Assembly: GCA_964016885.1 (NCBI GenBank) | Contig: OZ024749.1 | Coordinates: 49,724,001-49,788,000 of the forward strand | DNA: 64,000 nucleotides | Reading direction: 5' to 3' | From: Eledone cirrhosa | Lineage: Eukaryota | Part shown: positions 58,565 to 64,000 of the stretch, piece after piece | Layout: each line of letters starts with the position of its first letter | How positions within the stretch are numbered: the stretch's first letter is position 1 | Notes under the pieces: model-generated | What the model was told of the DNA's origin: nothing | The model's input: the letters and a program-made list of their open reading frames with translations, nothing else | Databases searched by the model: none | Made by a program: the position numbers and the translations under genes

Positions 58565-59128
58565 CGTTTCTGGATTTGTTTAGCAAGATTCTTTATCTGA
58601 AATCGTGTGTTGAAACCGATATTGTTATACTTTGGGAGGGTCATGTTGCCAATAAGAAACACACGCACCAGTTGCTTTCACTTCAATTTAATTTATTAAA
58701 TATTTATAAATTTACAAATTTATAAATTTCTGGTTGGTTGGTTGGTTCCACAACCAGATAGTTGTTTATATATATATAGTCATAGTTCTTTCGTCACACA
58801 CTCTGTGACCTCTTCAGTGACTGGGGATTTCTTTCTTCGTTTCTGTGCCTTTCCTTTCTTCTATCCTACGCCACAGAAAAATGGCGTAGGATAGAAGAAA
58901 GGAAAGGCACAGAAACGAAGAAAGAAATCCCCAGTCACTGAAGAGGTCACAGAGTGTGTGACGAAAGAACTATGACTATATATATATAAACAACTATCTG
59001 GTTGTGGAACCAACCAACCAACCAGAAATTTATAAATTTGTAAATTTATAAATATTTAATAAATTAAATTGAAGTGAAAGCAACTGGTGCGTGTGTTTCT
59101 TATTGGCAACATGACCCTCCCAAAGTAT

Positions 59129-59136
<8 letters not shown>
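58561..59136. mobile_element. Palindromic PLE pLTR insertion in (TA)n: ~255-bp arms, 8-nt spacer, 58-bp extension on the left arm
   Basis: 58619-58873 is the reverse complement of 58882-59136 with no mismatch seen. Confidence 0.95.
58933..58977 (+). ncRNA. Minimal hammerhead in pLTR (mirror copy 58778-58822, minus)
   Basis: AGUCA-CUGAAGA-G-GUCACA GAGUG UGUGAC-GAA-AGAACU-A-UGACU. Confidence 0.85.
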
Positions 59137-59213
<77 letters not shown>

Positions 59214-60713
59214 CGTCTTATCCCTAACTCAGTGCAATTCAAGTTTCCTATCATCCAAGGATTTACATCTAGTTTAACCAATCGAAAACTCCTCGACTAT
59301 TCTATTCAACAATCACACAAACGCACACTTACACACACAGCCACACTGCACATACTCACACACCAAGATAAATATAAAAAAATGCCTACACAAAACAGAC
59401 TCATACAAATAAATATAAAGAAGATATTACTACTTCAATTCCCCCCCCCCCCCCCATACAGAGTACCTGAATCTCTTTTATGGTTACTATTATCCTATTA
59501 TCGCTACCGTCACCATCGTCGTTACCATCGACGCTGTCCTCGTTGAGTATGCTGTTTGGATAATGATAGTATTTCAATGATAGTCATTCTTTAAATTATC
59601 TTGATACTTTTTTGTTTTACTTTTTCTGTTCTATCTGTTTCTACTGACTTGAGTAAATGGCTTTATAGACGATATTATATTAAGTTAGTGTGCCAGCAAT
59701 TCGTATGTAAGTATTATTTGTTTTGATTGTGGTTTAGATTATGATTATCTTGTCTCGGTATTGGGAGATATTAATTATTTTCAATTAAAATATTATTTGA
59801 TGCCTAAATTGATGCAGAGTGGGAATATTAAATTAGAATCCTATGTTTTCAAGCTATTTCCATTACACATTAATAGATTGAGAGATGTTCCTACTAGAAC
59901 AAGACATTCTAGTTATTTGAAGTAGAATCTAATTAGGTTGACAGTCAATCCATGTTAATGCCTACCATGAAATTCCCACTGGACAAAACTAAATATAATA
60001 CGCATACATGTGTGTGTGTGCGTTTTTTTTGTTTTTTTTGTGTGTGTACATGTGTTTCTCTGTGTGCGTATAATGTGCGTATGTGTTTAGCTCTGTATAT
60101 ATATACATCTATACATGTATAGCTCTCTACTTATTTATTTTGCACTAACGTAAACTTGTTACTATTTTAAGTCTAATTTTAAAACAATTTAATCTCACCA
60201 CTGCTGTTGGAATATAATCTCAAAGAATTAAAGTGATAACATATATATGCCTCAAGAAACAATATGTTGTTCAATCGACCTCCGGCATTCTTGTATCAGT
60301 TTATAAATAACTTAAATTTTGTTTGTTGATAATTATTTCATTATAACCTTTTATATTACACTTTGTTGTGCGTATGTTTTGTTATATTAAATGGATTTAT
60401 AGATGCCATAACTTCCTCTTAATTCTAAACTCTGTTCCTCCCCTTCTCACATTGGACTCTTCATACCTCTTATCCTATTCAATATATTAGCATGAAATAT
60501 GTAAACAAATCAATGTGTGATTAAATAAATTGCATTATTTGATATATTACTTGAAGCATTACATGGACAAATAAAGCATTCTCTCTCCCTCATTCTCTCT
60601 CTCTCATTCTCTCTCTCTCTTTCTCTCTCTCTCTCTTAGTAGTGAGAGAGAGGTCATAGATATCGAAAGTGTGGAGGGTGAGAGAGAGAGAGAGAGGGGG
60701 GAATGATTAGATA

Positions 60714-61388
60714 TGCACAATACGGAAGTTGCGTTTCGCTAATTTCTACCCGCCGAAATGCGATTCTAGCTAAATTTATATTTGTATTAATCTCCCAAGT
60801 CAAGCGATTAACCAGTTAATTTTTTTGGCTTTTTGGTTAATTCTATTGACTGATTAATCGCTTAAGTTTATTTTAAAAACAACTCGGTCGAGAGCTTAAT
60901 CCGTTTTGTGTGGTTTTTGCCAATGTTTGCACATGCTGAATTCACTGGCCAAAATAGGGGTTTTCTCCCCTTAGAACCTCACATTTGCTTTCATAACCTG
61001 TGAGATTCTGGCGCACGAAGAACAAAAACCTGTTGAGAAAGCGATTCCCTGTTCGATCATTATACCAAAAGCTTGTTTTTTATAAGTAGACAGTATTATT
61101 GATTTAGGTGTTGCAGAAACCCAATTTCGGAGTATTCCATCTTCCCCGAGGGTCCGGGTAACTATTTCAATCATATCTCATTTTGTTTGACCCGTTTAGC
61201 TTGTTCGCCTTTGTGGCTAAGCTGGTTAATGGCTTCTTAACCATCGCATCAGCGTGTATGACCATTTTAACTTATGTTTATAGCCCTGGTATGTTCTCCA
61301 TATCCATGGAGCGCTTGTCTGCACAATACGGAAGTTGCGTTTCGCTATTTTCTACTCGCCGAAATGCGATTCTCGCTAAATTTATATT

Positions 61389-61393
<5 letters not shown>
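60714..61393. repeat. ~680-bp unit with ~73-bp direct terminal repeats ending at (TA)n
   Basis: TGCACAATACGGAAGTTGCGTTTCGCTA...GCTAAATTTATATTTGTAT at 60714-60787 and 61320-61393. Confidence 0.85.
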
Positions 61394-61483
<90 letters not shown>

Positions 61484-61759
61484 GGTAATGCGAGAAGAAA
61501 ATGTGATGTAGTGAAGTAGATTGATAAATATAGAGAATGTTAGTGTAAGGAAAACAGCGATAAACTGGGCGAGAGAGAGAAAGATGTGCGTGTGACTCTC
61601 CTATATTTTTTAATTATCTATATGTATACAATTTGTTAATTATGCTTTGGTGTTGAATATTTATTAGTTAAGTCCTGATGGCGACTGAAATGACCGCATA
61701 TCATTTCTTCAGCATGGCCATGCTTCAATTAATAAAGCCATTGGAATAGTAAATTAAAT

Positions 61760-61905
61760 GTTTCTACTTTTGGCACAAGGCCAGCAATTATCCCATTGCA
61801 TTACTTGTACTTTATTTTATCGACCCCGGGAAAGGCAAAGTTAACCTCGGCGGGATTTGAACTCAGAATGGCAAGGGCCGCAACTCTGTGCGTCAAAGCA
61901 TGATG
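61760..61905 (-). mobile_element. SINE copy
   Basis: Family core and 3' end GGCACAAGGCCAGCAATTA. Confidence 0.85.
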
Positions 61906-62434
61906 TTACACATTGAGCATTTTAACGTATACATTTAGACGAAATGTTAAAATTTCAAAATCTGACACCTTGATATTATTTTTTTTCTGAGTTTTTTTTT
62001 CCAAATAAAATGTCATTATTAGAAAACATAAATTCGTACATCTCTGAAACCAAGCGAATTATATTTCAAAATATGAGATCAATGCCAGGAACCGATACAG
62101 AATACATAAAAAAAACATCTAAATTTGACATATATAAATGTGTGTGCCTTCATGTATGAATATGTATGCGTATACATATATGTGTGCTTGTGTCTTTTCA
62201 GATACGTTGCATCCTGTATATAGCCATAGTTTCAAACATCTGAAACTACTATGTCGACATTGTTTGTTGAGTTTCTACTAAAGAAAATGTATTTTTACAT
62301 ATAGAAAGACGATTATAATTTTGCAAAGCTAATTTTACTCTTAAAAGCCTGCAGCGATTCTGAATATATTTCAATGATATATTCCATTTTTGTAAACATT
62401 TTCATATCAGTTTATTTAAAATTATCATATAGTA

Positions 62435-62498
<64 letters not shown>

Positions 62499-62715
62499 TA
62501 TATGTAAAAGTTCTATTTAAATTGTTGGGATACAACAAGCAAATATTTTTATAACTGATATAAAGCATTCAACAAATAATTTGAGTAAAAATACGATATT
62601 AACAAATGGAAACTAGATTTATAAAACCATATTTATTTCATTATACATATTTCAAGGACACCAAGTTAAATTATGGTGTGCTTTCATCAGATGAAATATA
62701 ATATTAGAGCAGTTT

Positions 62716-62850
<135 letters not shown>

Positions 62851-63033
62851 AACTAATAAAACCCCTACCATAACATTTTGATTAAGATATCTACAAGCCA
62901 CTCTCTCCTACTTCTCCAACCCCTGCATATCTTTCCTTCTCTCTCCATCTTCCTTACTTTTCTCTCTTCCTGTTCCACTCTATCTTCCCCAACAACCCCA
63001 CTTAAGGGTTTTTACATTGTATATTTACCATTC

Positions 63034-63145
63034 TGCTCTGAGGAAACAGTGGTCACAGCATTGGATATTCGAGTTCTGCAAATACTTGTGAATTTGCACG
63101 TAGCGGAACTAGGCTGCAGTACCACCGTGGAAACACTTGTAAGCA
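63034..63145 (+). ncRNA. Type I hammerhead with an ~85-nt structured stem II, in a ~490-bp TA-flanked module (62846-63340)
   Basis: UGCU-CUGAGGA-(GUGGU/ACCAC, CAGC/GCUG, AGUUCUGC/GCGGAACU)-GAA-ACACUUGU-A-AGCA; AATAAA at 63151. Confidence 0.75.
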
Positions 63146-63336
63146 CACGGAATAAACTACCTTTTTATGATGTCTACCTGTTATTATTCATTCTTTATAT
63201 ACACTCCGGAATACTGAAGGATCAGGAACTAAGTTTCTTGAACAATTCTTCCATAACTCGTAGAGTAACCTCTTACCGTACGTCAACCATATCCAGTGTA
63301 GTAATTAACCATCACTGCATCTTGGATAATCCTATA

Positions 63337-63486
<150 letters not shown>

Positions 63487-64000
63487 CATGCATATATATA
63501 AGTGTGTGCGCGCGTGTGTGTACTTGAAGAAGTTAAAATCAGTTTAATCTTCATTTCTTCTTTTTAATTTCGTGTACAATGTCAGTCAGTATATTATATA
63601 TAACCGGAGTTCATCTTTTCTAAATCTACCAAATGTTGTTTAGAAAGTACAAAACATTATCATATATTACTATAGACGTTGTGTAACAAGTATCGGGTTT
63701 TAATTATTTGTTTCTGTATCTTCTTGTATGAGTAGATCATATACCTCAATGAATCCCGTAAACATAGATATACAAGTTTTCAAGCTTCATTTGTGCAGTT
63801 TTCCCTAAGGCAAGACGTTCATAAAAATTGTACTGTAACACATTATTTGCAATTAATCCATATTTAACAATTAATTGGTTTAGATCTCCATTAAATGAAT
63901 TTGTTTGATTGTGTGAACTATTCTCTTTAGTTAAGAGAAAATTGGTTAATTGCTTGTACTGATGATAAAGTGCTTATAAATATTATGAAGAAGTTGTATT

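Overview
Very AT-rich, microsatellite-saturated animal non-coding DNA. The dominant ~220-bp SINE resembles those I associate with octopod cephalopods, but that taxon is an inference. No host protein-coding gene can be supported, and most ORF-track entries are translations of (TA)n/(CA)n/(GA)n tracts. Real coding content is limited to decayed Penelope-like element (PLE) pieces: an RT plus C-terminal GIY-YIG at ~15.3-17.9 kb (minus), and two GIY-YIG fragments at ~31.9 and ~33.7 kb. There is also an intron-containing tRNA-Tyr pseudogene. The main hidden signal, found by eye, is about 24 copies of type I hammerhead-ribozyme motifs (CUGANGA...GAAA...UH, some decayed) of about 13 distinct sequence types. 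They lie in short non-coding modules mostly inserted in or beside (TA)n tracts. Seven modules are head-to-head inverted duplications, all with the same polarity, and two contain more than one copy of a ~490-510-nt unit. This points to a diverse PLE-mobilised, retrozyme-like system. All folds were done manually and none is tested for activity.
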